Of a DNA stretch of 64,000 bases, positions 43,523 through 57,455 are shown one piece after another. Source of the stretch: Mizuhopecten yessoensis (lineage: Eukaryota); NCBI RefSeq assembly GCF_002113885.1, contig NW_018404512.1, positions 218,553 to 282,552 of the forward strand, read 5' to 3'. The translations under genes and the position numbers were made by a program. Below the pieces are notes generated by a model. That model had not been told where the DNA came from and made no database searches. It worked only from the letters and a program-made list of their open reading frames with translations. Positions within the stretch are counted from its first letter, which is position 1. Each line of letters begins with the position of its first letter.

Positions 43523-45654
43523 TTTTTTTCATTTGTTACTCTTGCAGTGTATTTGTTTTGCCATAATTGCCAAGGCATATCTTTATCTAATGGAAATTGT
43601 AAAAGAGGCAACTGTTAGGGAAAACTGTCTAAAATGGATATGCTGTGAATTACAAAAGGCTCAGGTATATAAATATTATATTGTTGTCTTGACCTGCATG
43701 TTCCATCATTAACTTTGAGGTACATCATGAATATGTTGACCTATAAATTGCTTATGGTAAATGGGGTTTACTGTTTGACTCTGAACAGCAGAATTTTCAT
43801 TGGAAAGCTTTATAAACAAACCTGAATTGACTTTTTAAAGCAACATCCAGTTATTTTTCAACTGTAGTGACACTGGAAAGTTAGTTTAAAAGGTCTTGAG
43901 CAGAAAATATTCAGGGGTTTCATTGGGTAATAAATACACTTCACAGTAAACATTGATTTATCCTCATGTGTACCTCACGACCTCAGGTGTTGTTCCATTT
44001 TATACTGTCAGTCCTACTCCTTCCAGAAGGAAAGTAGCAGAGTATCCAATTACCTGTGTAAACTATGTGGCTCACTGCAGATAAGTAGCTGTAGGCATAC
44101 TGTCTGTCATGGCCGCCATATAAACTAATGGAAATCTAAATACTCCATAATACTTGTAATGAACCTTGTCAGCTGTATCCCTCAAGTCTACAATACTCAA
44201 CAATCAAGCGAAAGATAAATTAGGGTCAATTGTCTCTCCCTGACCTGTCTTCCTACAGCCGATTGAACGCATCATTTACACAGGACAACTCTGGGTGACA
44301 GTGTCAACATAGACTTCTTGGTTCATTAGTGTTAAAATATGTGACAGATATATGCAAAGCTTTGTATTGTAAATATTTACACTAGGACAAGACTTAAACA
44401 AAATGTATTAATCCTATAATTTGTATAGTAAACTAAATAGTGTAACAGTGTAGAAAGTTGTGCGTTAATATGGTATGCTAGCCAGTGTATTGAAGACAGA
44501 ATGTTAGTTATAGATACTACATTAAGTTGTTGTTACACCACTTAATAGTATACAATGTATGTAGAACTAACTCCATTATTATTGTCCACCACCTTTTTCA
44601 TTAAATGACATCTCCTCCCAAACTACTGAACAAACTTCAACCTAATAAGGTATGCAAATAAAGGGACTGACCGTCCTCATGGTTGAGGGCCTGGGTCAAA
44701 AGTGGTCGAATAGGTGGACTTGCCTTAAAATCCAAAACTACTTAGCAGATTTCAACCAAATTGTAGTAGAAACATGCTTATTCCATTGGGATAAAATGTT
44801 TAAAATTAAATGGGATTTTCGTCCTGGAGGCTAAAGGGCTCTTAAGTATCTTGCACTGTTTTGTCTCCTTAGTGAGTGAGATTTTACATTTTACCCACCA
44901 GCCACTTAATTCAGCTGTTCATTTCTCAGTGTAAATCATGCTTTGTCCAGATCATAACTACTGAACCGCTGAAACTATGTTTACTTTAGTAAGAGAGCTA
45001 AGTATCAGGACAAGACGACTATGTCATGCTCAGGGGTGTAGGATAGGGAAATTACACCCAAGGGGTTTTAAAACTGGGTAAAATAATGTATTTCTACACC
45101 ATGATAAGTTTAAATGCAAATAATTTCACATGACGTGGAGATTTCCACTTCTACAGTACACAACTCAGAAATCTCTAGAATGTAAATTGAATGAATAAGT
45201 CATAAAATATTGTATAAAACGTGAAAGTCTTGATAATCCAAGAGCCTGAACAAACTCAACAATCTTGGATTTCTATATACATATGGATATTTGGCCTTGG
45301 AGTGACTGTTTATAATGTTGTGTACTTTTGTGGGAGTATATTTTATCTAGACCTTGGAAGTGTCTTGTTGTGAGTGTGATTATATTTTGTTTATACATAG
45401 TAAATACCTCTCCTGAATAATTGGAATATTATCTTTATTAAAATATTGACTCTTTTTTCAGAAGTGGACGAGCCAGTTCAACTGATGTAGGACTTTGCGG
45501 ACCAACGTTTCATTTGTGTAGTGTGTTCTGGTTTGTTGAGAAAAAATAACTAGAGACAAATGGAAATTAATTAAACATAACGAGCTGATGGTGGCATTAT
45601 CGTTGTTGTGTGGATTACTATTGGGCCGGGTGTTGTGTTGCCACAGAGGCCACA

Positions 45655-45752
45655 ATGGCCAACATCAACCTGCTCAGTCGCATTAACAACGGTCTGCCGG
45701 AAGGTTGGGAGGCAAAGCTGACTGTTGACCACGGCAGAATCTACTACATAGA
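45655..45752 (+). CDS. First coding exon of an N-terminal WW-domain protein (family unresolved)
   Basis: GCCACAATGG Kozak context; MANINLLSRINNGLPEGWEAKLTVDHGRIYYID matches the WW N-half LPxGWE..G+xYY; gtaagt donor. Confidence 0.8.
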
Positions 45753-47479
45753 GTAAGTATTGAGCATTGTCCACGTCCTCCGAGAGGTGGGAACGTTCCC
45801 ATGTCTATACTGATGTACAGCTCTTAACAATTACTGATAAGTGGTAAGTTCATTGTTAAATGTTCAAATACTATGGTGGCTAAAGGCTTATGATGGCCAA
45901 ACATGGCCAGGCAATTTACACGTCTAATATGCACTCGACTTGTACAGTTTTCAAGACATGTACAAGTATTTAAATCACACATCTAATGACCATTAATGAA
46001 AATTCAATATGTGTTCATTGAGCTAGTTGTGGCCGTGTGTCTAGTGTGTTACAATGCAGATGAAGTTAAGATCTACAAGTAGTAATTTTAACTTACAGAT
46101 TACCAATCATGGTGTTTGCATCAAGCCCCTGTTATATAATTATGTCAGATTTGTGTATATGTAGAGCACAATGTACTGCAGTACCCAGACAGTGTGAACA
46201 AAAGACACACAGTACATTATGCAGACAGGAATGATAAGCTTTTTGTTCGGTGTTTGTTATTCTATACCTTAATTTTACAAAAGCATGTTTCCAACTTCCT
46301 AGATTCAGTATAGCGATATTTTTATTGAAATTGGTAAGGTATTTCCTCATATTTGCTTCATGTTAGGAAAATAAAACAATTTTTCTTTGTGGGAAGCAGC
46401 TGGTATACGGCTGTAATACTTAAGGCCAAAATAAGTCACTGTTGTAGTTTGCAATATATTGCAATATAGACAGGTACAATACATTGATCATATTACAAAA
46501 TAACATGTTATGTAGACAGGTACATGTAGGATACTTTGATCGTAGTATATGTAAGGTTGAAAGTGTACCTCACTAAACAGACCTGAGAATAGTCTGCTAG
46601 GCTTTGTGTGATTAACTCAGGGCAAGTTGAGATAGCCTGTAGTTACAGTTCTGTGTAGATAGGGAGAACTCCCTGATTCTCCAGGCCACCCCTACACAGT
46701 ACTCTGTCGGTAGGGAATACTCCCTGGATCACAAGCTATAAGGCCACCATCACATGTCAAACAGCTACAGATTGACCCCCAGATGCTGCAATCTCTCATT
46801 GAACCCTCCAAGAAACAACCTACTTGGGCCAAGTTGGCCTGTAATGCTTGTAGTGTCACAAAAACTCACCTCTATAACATGTATAAGGTCATAAAGTCTT
46901 AATATTTCATAGATGGTGAACTTACAAAATCCACACAGGATCAGTCTAACACTTGAAGAAGGTCACCCCTCCAGACACTGATACAGCATTGCAGGGTTTT
47001 AGTTTGTTGTCACTCCCACGTAACTATGAGAGAGATAGGCCTCAGCCTCCAGGGTTAACTTGTATCTGGTATGTAACACTATGGTAGATCTAACAGTGGG
47101 ATACAGGCAAGGTAGATGTTTTTGTAAGATGTTGAAATAAACTCTTCAGTTATAAAATGGGATTTGGAGGATTACAGAGACAAGTTATAAGATGTGTATT
47201 TATATAATTATAACCAACAGAACTACTGGGATTCAGTGCCACAACCCACTTGTTTCTGGGGCTGATCATCATCAAAATCCACAGGAAAAGTGTTATTATC
47301 AGCAATAAGGAAGCTCTTATCAAATCATTTTCTATGTTTAGGTCAGGGTGTTCAAATCTTATTTACCCATCACCACTTGGGTAGATAATGTGTATCATTA
47401 GGAGGCTTGTTATCAGCTTGTCTTTCCTACACCCACCTGTATCACAGTCTGTATTTAAACAGCCATCACGCCTACTGTC

Positions 47480-49434
47480 TATCACTTAAGGTGCCTAGCC
47501 CCACTCTCTCTCTCTCACAGACATCACTTAAGGTACCTAGCCACACTCTCTCTCTCTCACAGAAATCACTTAAGGTACCTCGCCCCACTCTCTCTCACAG
47601 ATATCACTTAAGGTGCCTAGCCCCACTCTCTCTCACATACATCACTTAAGGTACCTAGCCCCACCATCCCTAACAGACATCACTTAAGGTACCTAGCCAC
47701 ACACTCTCTCTCTCTCTCTCACACAGACATCACTTAAGGTGCCTAGCCCTACTCTCTCTCACATACATCACTTAAGGTACCTAGCCACAAACTCTCTCTC
47801 TCTCTCTCTATCTTTCTCTCTCTCTCTCCCTCTCTCTCTCGCTCTCTCTCTCTCTCTCCCTCTCTCTCTCTCTCTCCCACAGACATCACTTANNNNNNNN
47901 NNNNNNNNNNNNNNNNNNNNNNNNNNNNNNNNNNNNNNNNNNNNNNNNNNNNNNNNNNNNNNNNNNNNNNNNNNNNNNNNNNNNNNNNNNNNNNNNNNNN
48001 NNNNNNNNNNNNNNNNNNNNNNNNNNNNNNNNNNNNNNNNNNNNNNNNNNNNNNNNNNNNNNNNNNNNNNNNNNNNNNNNNNNNNNNNNNNNNNNNNNNN
48101 NNNNNNNNNNNNNNNNNNNNNNNNNNNNNNNNNNNNNNNNNNNNNNNNNNNNNNNNNNNNNNNNNNGTGCCTCGCCCTCCTCTCTCTCACACACACCCAC
48201 TCTCCCACACCCCCCCCCTCTCTCTCTCTCACACACCCTCACTCACACACCCCCCCTCTCTCTCTCTCACTCTCTCTCTCTCTCTCACAGACATCCCTTA
48301 AGGTCCCTAGCCACACCCTCTCTCTCTCTCTCTCACACAGACATCACTTAAGGTGCCTCGCCCTACTCTCTCTCACATACATCACTTAAGTTACCTAGCC
48401 CCACCATCCCTAACAGACCTCACTTAAGGTACCTAGCCACACTCTCTCTCTCTCCCCCTCCCCCTCTCTCTCTCTCACACACACCTCAAAATATACACCC
48501 CCCCCCTCTCTCTCACACACACATCACTTAAGGTGCCTAGGCCCAATCTCTCTCTCTCACAGACATCACTTAAGGTACCTCGCCCCACTCTCTCTCTCTC
48601 TCACGCTCTCTCTCTCTCTCTCACAGACATCACTTAAGGTACCTAGCCCCACCATCCCTAACAGACCTCACTTAAGGTACCTAGCCCCACTCTCTCTCTC
48701 TCTCTCACAGACATCACTTAAGGTACCTAGCCCCCCCACCCCTAACAGACATCCCTTAAGGTCCCTAGCCACACCCTCTCTCTCTCTCTCACAGACATCA
48801 CTTNNNNNNNNNNNNNNNNNNNNNNNNNNNNNNNNNNNNNNNNNNNNNNNNNNNNNNNNNNNNNNNNNNNNNNNNNNNNNNNNNNNNNNNNNNNNNNNNN
48901 NNNNNNNNNNNNNNNNNNNNNNNNNNNNNNNNNNNNNNNNNNNNNNNNNNNNNNNNNNNNNNNNNNNNNNNNNNNNNNNNNNNNNNNNNNNNNNNNNNNN
49001 NNNNNNNNNNNNNNNNNNNNNNNNNNNNNNNNNNNNNNNNNNNNNNNNNNNNNNNNNNNNNNNNNNNNNNNNNNNNNNNNNNNNNNNNNNNNNNNNNNNN
49101 NNNNNNNNNNNNNNNNNNNNNNNNNNNNNNNNNNNNNNNNNNNNNTGCCTAGCCCCACTCTCTCTCACATACATCATTTAAGGTGCCTTCCCTCTCTATT
49201 CTTCACAAAAATCACTGAAGGAGCCTAGCCCCACCATCCCTAACAGACCTCACTTAAGGTACCTAGCCCCGCTCTCTCTCTCTCTCTCCCTCTCTCTCTC
49301 ACAGACATCACTTAAGGTACCTCGCCCCCCTCTCTCTCTCTCACACACTCTCTCTCTCCCTCTCACACAGACATCACTTAAGGTGCCTAGGCCCAATCTC
49401 TCTCTCTCACAGACATCCCTTAAGGTACCTAGCC

Positions 49435-49481
<47 letters not shown>

Positions 49482-49625
49482 TACATCATTTAAGGTGCCT
49501 TGCCCCTCTATTCTTCACAAAAATCACTGAAGGAGCCTAGCCCCACCATCCCTAACAGACATCATTTAAGGTGCCCAGCCCCATTATTCTTAAAACTTTA
49601 AAGAAATAACTTCAGGTGCCTAGTC
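47480..49625. repeat. (CT)n-containing satellite (acatcacttaaggtacctagcc) spanning two assembly gaps
   Basis: Tandem units; N runs at 47893-48166 and 48804-49145. Confidence 0.9.
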
Positions 49626-50789
49626 CATTATACTTAATAGCCATTTCTCAAGTTGTCTGGCAAAAACTTATTTTTGTCCCAAGTGCATTTTAGCATAAAT
49701 CAAAAGGGCTCGTTTCCTTAAAATTTAGGAAAGCTGTGAAGATGCCAATGTACAGAAGCTAATCCATGTGGACAGGTCACTAAAAGGCCTGTCATTGGTG
49801 TTGTTTATGATGAGCTATCATCTTTGTCATGATTAAGCCAAATGTAGACCCGCTTAAAGATTTTAATTTTGTTGAGGTTGCAATTCCTGGAAAATTTTAA
49901 GTTGTGTCCTCAGAATGCATATTTTGAGTCCTCACGTGTCCAACGACAGGCCGTTTAGAGTCCCAGGTTGTCACCGGGGATTCCTCATCATGGTGATCGT
50001 CTCCGGCAGCCAATCAATACCACATCTTTTTCTATCAATGCTGTGTAGCCATGCAGACAGCACAGAATGCATCTTACAGTGCTAATAGCCTGTGGCTACA
50101 CAGCCTAATAAGCTTATAAACTACAGACAGGAGTGTATTGGGTTGAGTGGAACACAAGGGCTATTCATAGAGGTGTCTTATCACCCCTAATTCATTGGAG
50201 ATCAGTTCAAAGGTCACAGAATGGTTGACCCGCCTCAAATGGTCATATATGATGTCCACTATAGGATCTACCACTGGTTGCATATATATTTTATGTGTGA
50301 GAGGACTCTGTAAGTGACAAGTTAAGTGGGCCCAACTGTGTACTAGGGTACTATAAAGTGTGTATTGGTGGAACCATAAATTGGGACTGATGTGTTATAT
50401 GTATCAAATAAATCTGCCTATATTGTGGGGAAATTATCATTTTTTTGTTGGGAATGAAATTCTAAACGGGCTGATTTAACATCCGAGGAGAAGCACATGA
50501 TAAATGAGGACTGCTTTGTCAGGGTCTGCTCTGATCATACAGGACAGATAGAGATCTTGACCTCTCAACGCTTTCAAAGTCACATTGGCAAATATTGTTG
50601 GAAAGGCTATTACGTGTATAACTCAAGTAGGACCTTTATATCAACTGAACCCATTGGCAGTTTACCCCTTAAACATGAAAGTAAAACATTCTCCATTTCT
50701 GGAAAATGACATGTCCGAGACATTAGTGTTGAATACATTATCATATGAATCATAGCCCACACTAACCTTGTGTGTATCATTTAATGAAG

Positions 50790-52148
50790 GTATACCAGGA
50801 ACTGGGTACTATTAGCATTTCATACCCAGAAATGGGTACTGTTCAGGCCTCGAATTAAACATTTTATGTCACTTGCTGAAAAAAGTGCCTAAATTTTTTA
50901 CTTGCTAAAATATTTTTTTACTTACTATTTAACTCTAACTACAGTTGAACTTGCTTATTATGATATTCTATTTGCCAAAGAAAAATATTATAATAACTGT
51001 TTTATTATAAACGATCATCAGATATAGGTAGATAGATGTGGGAACATTTGGAAATATGAATACAAATTGATATTGTAATAAATGAAATAAATTGTTAGTT
51101 GTAATTTATATCATTGTGTTGGGAAAATTTGAGAAAAATTACATTTTTGCCGTCGCAATGATCGGTATGTAAATTCTACTTTTTACTTTCAAAAGACTTT
51201 GAGCAATTCTTAAGAACTATCATTATACTACATCCTAGCTAAGGATACTGTAATGTAACAGTCAATAGTATGTAGGGATGTCACGGTTAACCGAAATAAC
51301 GGTTAACCGCGGTTCAAAAGACCACGGTTCAGTTCGGTTCATAATTTCCGTATTTTGGTTCGGTTCTGTATAAGTGGGTCATAGTTGTTTGGTAGCAGCA
51401 AAGGCGTGTATTATTTGTGTCACTCGATCGATACACGCCTCTGACTCTGGGTAAATGGAGAGATGCTCCGAATGGCAGATGTGACGGCCATTTTGGTGTT
51501 TCACATGTTACGACGATCACAGGCTCGACATGCAAAACATAAATAACAACTGCATTTTCCACGAGCAACACTTAATTGATTTTTTATGGAATTGATCAAG
51601 TGTATGTATGATATAACCACTCGCAGAAAAGATCAAGTGCATATTTTTCCTACTTGCTATTCTCGGTAATCTACTCGCAAATAGCGAGTCATAAAGAGTG
51701 AAATTTGAGGCCTGCTGTTAGCATTTTATACCCAGAAATGGGTATTGTTAGCATTTTATACCCAGAAATATGGGTACTGTTAGCATGTTCTACCCAGAAA
51801 TGGGTACTGTTAGCATTTTACACCCAGAAATGGGTATTGTTAGCATTTTACACCCAGAAATGGGGATTGTTAGCATTTTACACCCAGAAATGGGTACTGT
51901 TAGCATTTTACACCCAGAAATGGGTATTGTTAGCATTTTATACCCAGAAATGGGTACTGATAGCATGTTCTACCCAGAAATGGGTACTGTTAGCATTTTA
52001 TACCCAGAAATGGGTACTGTTAGCATTTTATACCCAGAAATGGGTACTGTTTGCATTTTAAACCCAGAAATGGGTACTGTTTGCATTTTATACCCAGAAA
52101 TGGGTACTGTTAGCATTTTATACCCAGAACTGGGTACTGTTAGCATTT
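50790..52148. repeat. 30-bp minisatellite (tacccagaaatgggtactgttagcatttta), split by a transposon
   Basis: About 2 copies before 50844 and about 14 after 51714. Confidence 0.9.
50844..51714. mobile_element. Non-autonomous DNA transposon with CAGGCCTC TIRs, containing a nested hAT-like end near 51273
   Basis: caggcctcgaatt / aatttgaggcctg; ctgtt duplicated at both junctions; subterminal acttgct motifs; internal tagggatgtcacggttaaccg. Confidence 0.8.
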
Positions 52149-54825
52149 TGTTCTGATGTACCAAGCTAGAAGTCTCAATACGCAGGAGCAAAGTCTGCCA
52201 GCAGTGAACTTGACCTTTGTGGACAGTACTGTTATAATGACTTCCGTAGAGACTATATATGTTTGTCTGAATTATTACAAAATTCATGTCTGTACAAGGT
52301 AGGAGGCAGTACTCATTAAAAATTCACAGCAATGCAGCATATTTAATAACACACATAAACAAATACTTGCTGTCTACCATTTATACTGTGTAAACGTAAT
52401 ACATTGTACGTACCAGGACACAGACAAAGTCTGGTAAACTTACCCTGTACTAACACAATACCAGGACACAGTCATACACAGTTTGGCTAACTTAGTAGAT
52501 CAATTTTAGAACTGTCATTATTTATAAAAGATATTTGTTTCACAAAAAAATTGAACAAGATGAATTCATTTTCATCCAATCCTTTTATATATATACTACA
52601 CAATAAAACTTGTTAGATCAAGATTGTTATATATGGTATTCAGTTATGTTTGTGCAACAGTTGTCAGGTATTCTAAATTTCATTGTCAGAAATCCTGTTA
52701 TCCAGGAACGTCCAATTAGACAACAGGATGTTCTGTTGTCGTGCTTTGCAGGGAAAGTGACATTGTAGGTGTGTTGTGCTTAGTAATCAATGCAGCACAG
52801 ACATTGTGTTATGAGCCATATGACTAAGATATATAAAGTTATTGGGGAAAACATGCCATTCATTTACATATAAATGAAACATTAAATGTAGCAAATTAAT
52901 TCACTGGAACCAATGTCACACCGTTATGGTAATTATTTAACAGAGATAACTAGTCCAAGCACCAGATATTAGCTATACAGGTTTGTCGCTCTAGTATTGG
53001 AACATTTAGATGACTGTTTCTGATTCTGCTGGAATTCCTCAGCTCAACCCCACTGTCAGTATATAGCACTAGAGTGATGACAGAGCCTGTAGTCCAGGGT
53101 TTGACTCCTAGCAGTCAGGTTTTGGAGACAAAGTGTTCCTGTAACTTGTACATAGTTGTCCACAGTTGTTTTTAATCTAATATGGAAGTCTTTAAAGGAC
53201 AACATTGAGTTTGCTTTTGTATATCAAATCTGGTATACAGTAGAAATAGACACAAATTGTGTAACTGTAAATCTGGTATACAGTAGAAATAGACACAAAT
53301 TGTGTAACTGTAATATATACAGGTATAGCCTTTGTCCAATTTGGCATTTATGGTCTGCAGAAGATGATTTAAATATTTTCTCATTTAAAAATCCTGTGAG
53401 TTTTAGAATAATATCACTGTGCAGAATTCATAGCAAAACAACATAAATAAATACATATGAAAAATTACTTATTCAATAAAAAAAAGAAGATATTTTTAGA
53501 TCCATATCAATCTTTTTGAGTCAACATATCTTTGAAGTTAAAAGCTTAAAAAAAATGAGTATGTAATATGCATCTTGCTTAAGTATACAACCTTTGAATT
53601 ACTCAGGTATGTATATGTACTATAATTTGTACGCATTGCTTAATACTTTATAATGAAGTTTTGTAATCATGCATGCAAAATATTGATACATTGATAATTT
53701 CAATATATCAGTAAACACAATTTTTTTTATCAGATCAAAACATTACCATAACATTTTGTCGGTTTATACTAGGTGTATGTGGCAGCGGTTTACCTGTGGG
53801 AGACACTACCTACAGTATAGATCAATAGATTTTATTAACACTGAATTATGTAAACAATGTGTTCATGACGGGTGTAGATGCATGTTTGTAAGATGTATTT
53901 GGGACATAAGTAAAATATATTCATGACAACATAAGTAAAACATATTCATGACAACATAAGTAAAACATATTCATGACATGTTTAAGATATTTGTAAGATG
54001 ACTATTTAGGACATATGTAAGATATTCGTAATATATATATATGTATTTGGGACATGTTTAAGATATTCGTAAGATGTTTCAAGAGTTTTTAAAATATGTG
54101 TTATAGGGTTGTGTTCAGGAGAGGTTAAGGACTTGTCTAGGATGTGAAGGGCGGTTTTGTACTTAATATTATTATATAGTCCTGCGGCTTTTGATTGCTG
54201 GTGTTGATATGTCAGCTGAAATACTTGACAAGGTACATTAAGATGTGTACAATACGATCCTTGTTGGTGTGTATATACATGGTGTGTATTGTAATTATTA
54301 AGTTATCACAAGGTATACATACAATAACTTGTAGAGAATCATGTTTTATGTCGCTTGATATGTGGTGTTTTGATCGCTCTGTGTACCTGTAGGGTTCTAC
54401 ACAAGTCCTTATGTTACACAAAGATAAATTGAAATAATTAACATTGTACTATGTTGCTGTTTGTTGTGATTAAATCGTGTGTAGACAAGGTTTTGGTGCA
54501 GTGTCACATTAATCGGTCAGTCCTTTAAGGTGGTCCTCTAGCCATGTCTACGTTTGACAACAACCCTTTGTTGTAGCTGTCATATTTTAGTTGTTAGTGA
54601 AATCCATTGATGTATAGGTAGGTATACATGTGTCAGCTATTTAAATATACCGGTGAGAGTCCTAATGTTAAAGGTTTCCTAGGATATTTTCATAAAAAAA
54701 ACACCCAATAAAAACTTTGTTATTGTAGCTGTTTTTTGCGTCCTGTCGCCCGTCACAAGGAGGGGGGGGGGGGGGCTAAATATACTATTTAGTGTTCCAT
54801 CTCATACTGATATTTAATCATTCTT

Positions 54826-54992
54826 AGCTCTCCACCACTGGGTCACGGGTTCAAGACCCATGTGGGGCAGTCCCCTTAGGAACTCGCCGTTGGTTGGTGG
54901 TTTTTCTCCAGCTTTCCTCCACCATCACACATGGCACGACCTTAAATGACCAGAGCTTTTAATAGGACGTAAAACATAAATAAACCAAACCA
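54826..54992 (+). mobile_element. 5'-truncated tRNA-derived SINE
   Basis: B-box gggttcaagaccc, central ggtggtttttctcc..tttcctccacc domain, taataggacgtaaaac, and an aaacc-repeat tail. Confidence 0.7.
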
Positions 54993-56261
54993 ATATAACA
55001 TTACCTTAAAGTACACATTATTGGGATTCAAAAATATTTCAAAAGTTTACCTTACTTATTTTCTCTGATTGGAAAATATCATTCAATTTCTTATTCATAT
55101 TTATTGCGATTGACTTTTGAAAATCAGAATTGATAATGACGAACATTACAGGAAGCAGGTTAATTAACGGAGGTGTTGTTCGTATTGATCCTCAATATAA
55201 ATCCCCGATAGAGACGGGCACGACGTACGACACTGATTGGCCAGTTGTTATTGTCTCCACCGTGATTAGAACCATCAGATAGATCTCCTACATCTCCCGT
55301 AGGAAGATGGCCACGGTGTTTATTTTACCGGTTGGGACTGACTTATACGGAGGAATCCTGTTCCTATTGAATTTGATGGGATTATATTGGTGTAGTTATT
55401 GATTATTAGGCATCATGGGTAACCTTGCTAAAATGGCTTGTCAGGTTCTCGGTGATAGGCCAGGACTGGGCAGTGGTAGTCAGTGTCATGGACCAAATTA
55501 ATCACGCGATGAATTTAATTTGATAAATCACATTATTTATAATTACTTGCCAATAAGCCATTGTTTCCCTATATAGAAGCACATGAGTGGCCTGATATAG
55601 ATGTTTGACCTTTTACTATAAATCTACATCTTCTAATTCTCCTGTCAGCTTGGTCCATATAATGATAAACCTGTAGCCTCTTACACAATCTACAAATGTA
55701 GATCACAAACAGTAACTTTTTCATAGTATTGGTTTAAATATTCATAAATGAACAAGAAAACTAAAGAATTTACATTGACCTTTAATTATGGGAGAAGGTT
55801 GGTGATAATTGACCACAGTTTTGAAAATCTATAGAATCAAATACATAATAAACCAAGTTATAATTGGGAAGGATTCTCACCCCACAGCTTCAGCAGGGAC
55901 CTGTCTTATCATGTATATATATAGCAGTCAAAATATTGGCACATCCCTAATTGAACACTTAAAACCTTAAATGTCCAAACCTTCTAAAATATGGTGCTAT
56001 TTAGATTATTGATATGTATTGCCTTAAGCGACACATCTTTAACATTTCAGATCGATGCACATTCAAGATTCTGATATTATTCAACTGATTTGAACATGAA
56101 TACAATCTTGTGAATACATTTGTGGGAGGATTATTCATTACTTATATAATTACAATAAATGTTATTGTATTTCATTGTTTGAACAGATAAACAAATACTG
56201 GCCATTAGACATTTACATTTTTGAAGACAGTTTTTGGTGAGATTTGTCCATTGATGATGTA

Positions 56262-56417
56262 TAACTAGGCTGGCGCTCTCACTGGCGACCAGGTAGCACG
56301 GACCAGGTAGCGTGAGGTAGCGTGGACCAGGTAGGTTTGCTGGTTACAGCACCACTACAGTTTTGAGGTCCCAGGTTCAAATCCTGGTCTGGCTGTTGCA
56401 TGTTTCCTTTTCTATAA
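56262..56417 (+). mobile_element. Diverged tRNA-LTR copy with internal triplication
   Basis: ggcgaccaggtagc (repeated) ... gaggtcccaggttcaaatcctggtctggc ... ttccttttctata. Confidence 0.55.
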
Positions 56418-57198
56418 TGCAAATCAACGTCCCAATAATATTGGTCAGCTTTTTATTTACAAGGCAAACAAATAGCACACCAAACTGTTAAAAAGTAGTC
56501 TTCAGATCTTAAAGTCAACTGCTGATGAAAATCAGTAACTAATAATGATAATTGCATTTAGATTTCACCTAACCCGAGTAAAACCACCTTATTTCTGATA
56601 CTGGTCAAGGATGTTAATGAAGTTATAGGGAACTAGGATTTTATTTGATTATGAGGTATGAATTTTATGTTCAAAACTATCTGATTAAAATGTGGTAGTT
56701 TTTCTATGAGAATCGCAGCCAATCTGATTCTATCCCGAGTATGTTTTACACACTTGACACAGGAGATACTGTATTCCCTGTACATATTTGACCTGGGCTA
56801 TGATATACAGTACTAGTGAGATGTATTTACTTGTGATAAGTACCAATCTTCAACTGTCACTCTTTCCTACTAAGGTCTTTGTTTAGGAAATGTGTACAAG
56901 TATAAACTAGCTTACTGCATATATACACCTGTACCCCAATTACCTACGTATACCTGTTCAACAGGTGAGTAAGGTGAAAACCTAGGTGCCTCTTAGCTGC
57001 CAACCCGGGGCAGACAGGTATATAGTTACCCAACAATTAATGTTTAACTTAAACAAGGATTTAGTGAGGTCACACTGTATGTAGTGGGCCTTAACTCATC
57101 TGTTCAGTGACAAGGGCAACTTAAGCTCAACAGAATCAGTTTTTGCCATTTTACTTTCTATGTAAATTGGTACAATGCCAACACAGAAATAATGAAAG

Positions 57199-57455
57199 TT
57201 GATCATATATATACAGGGAACTGATGTAAACATATGATCATATATATACAGGGAACTGATGTAAATATATGATCATATATATACAGGGAACTGATGCAAA
57301 CATATGTTCATATATATACAGGGAACTGATGTAAACATACGATCATATATATACAGGGAACTGTTGTAAACATACGATCATATATATACAGGGAACTGAT
57401 GTAAACATACGATCATATATATACAGGGAACTGATGTAAACATATGATCAACTGA
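57199..57455. repeat. 35-bp minisatellite (gatcatatatatacagggaactgatgtaaacatat)
   Basis: Seven tandem copies. Confidence 0.95.

Noticed and set aside
47739-49489. ORFs containing X runs and SL/RE repeats
   Set aside because: Artefacts of the N gaps and (CT)n tracts.
51705-52287. Repetitive ORFs (YPEMGTVSIL)n
   Set aside because: Translations of the 30-bp minisatellite.
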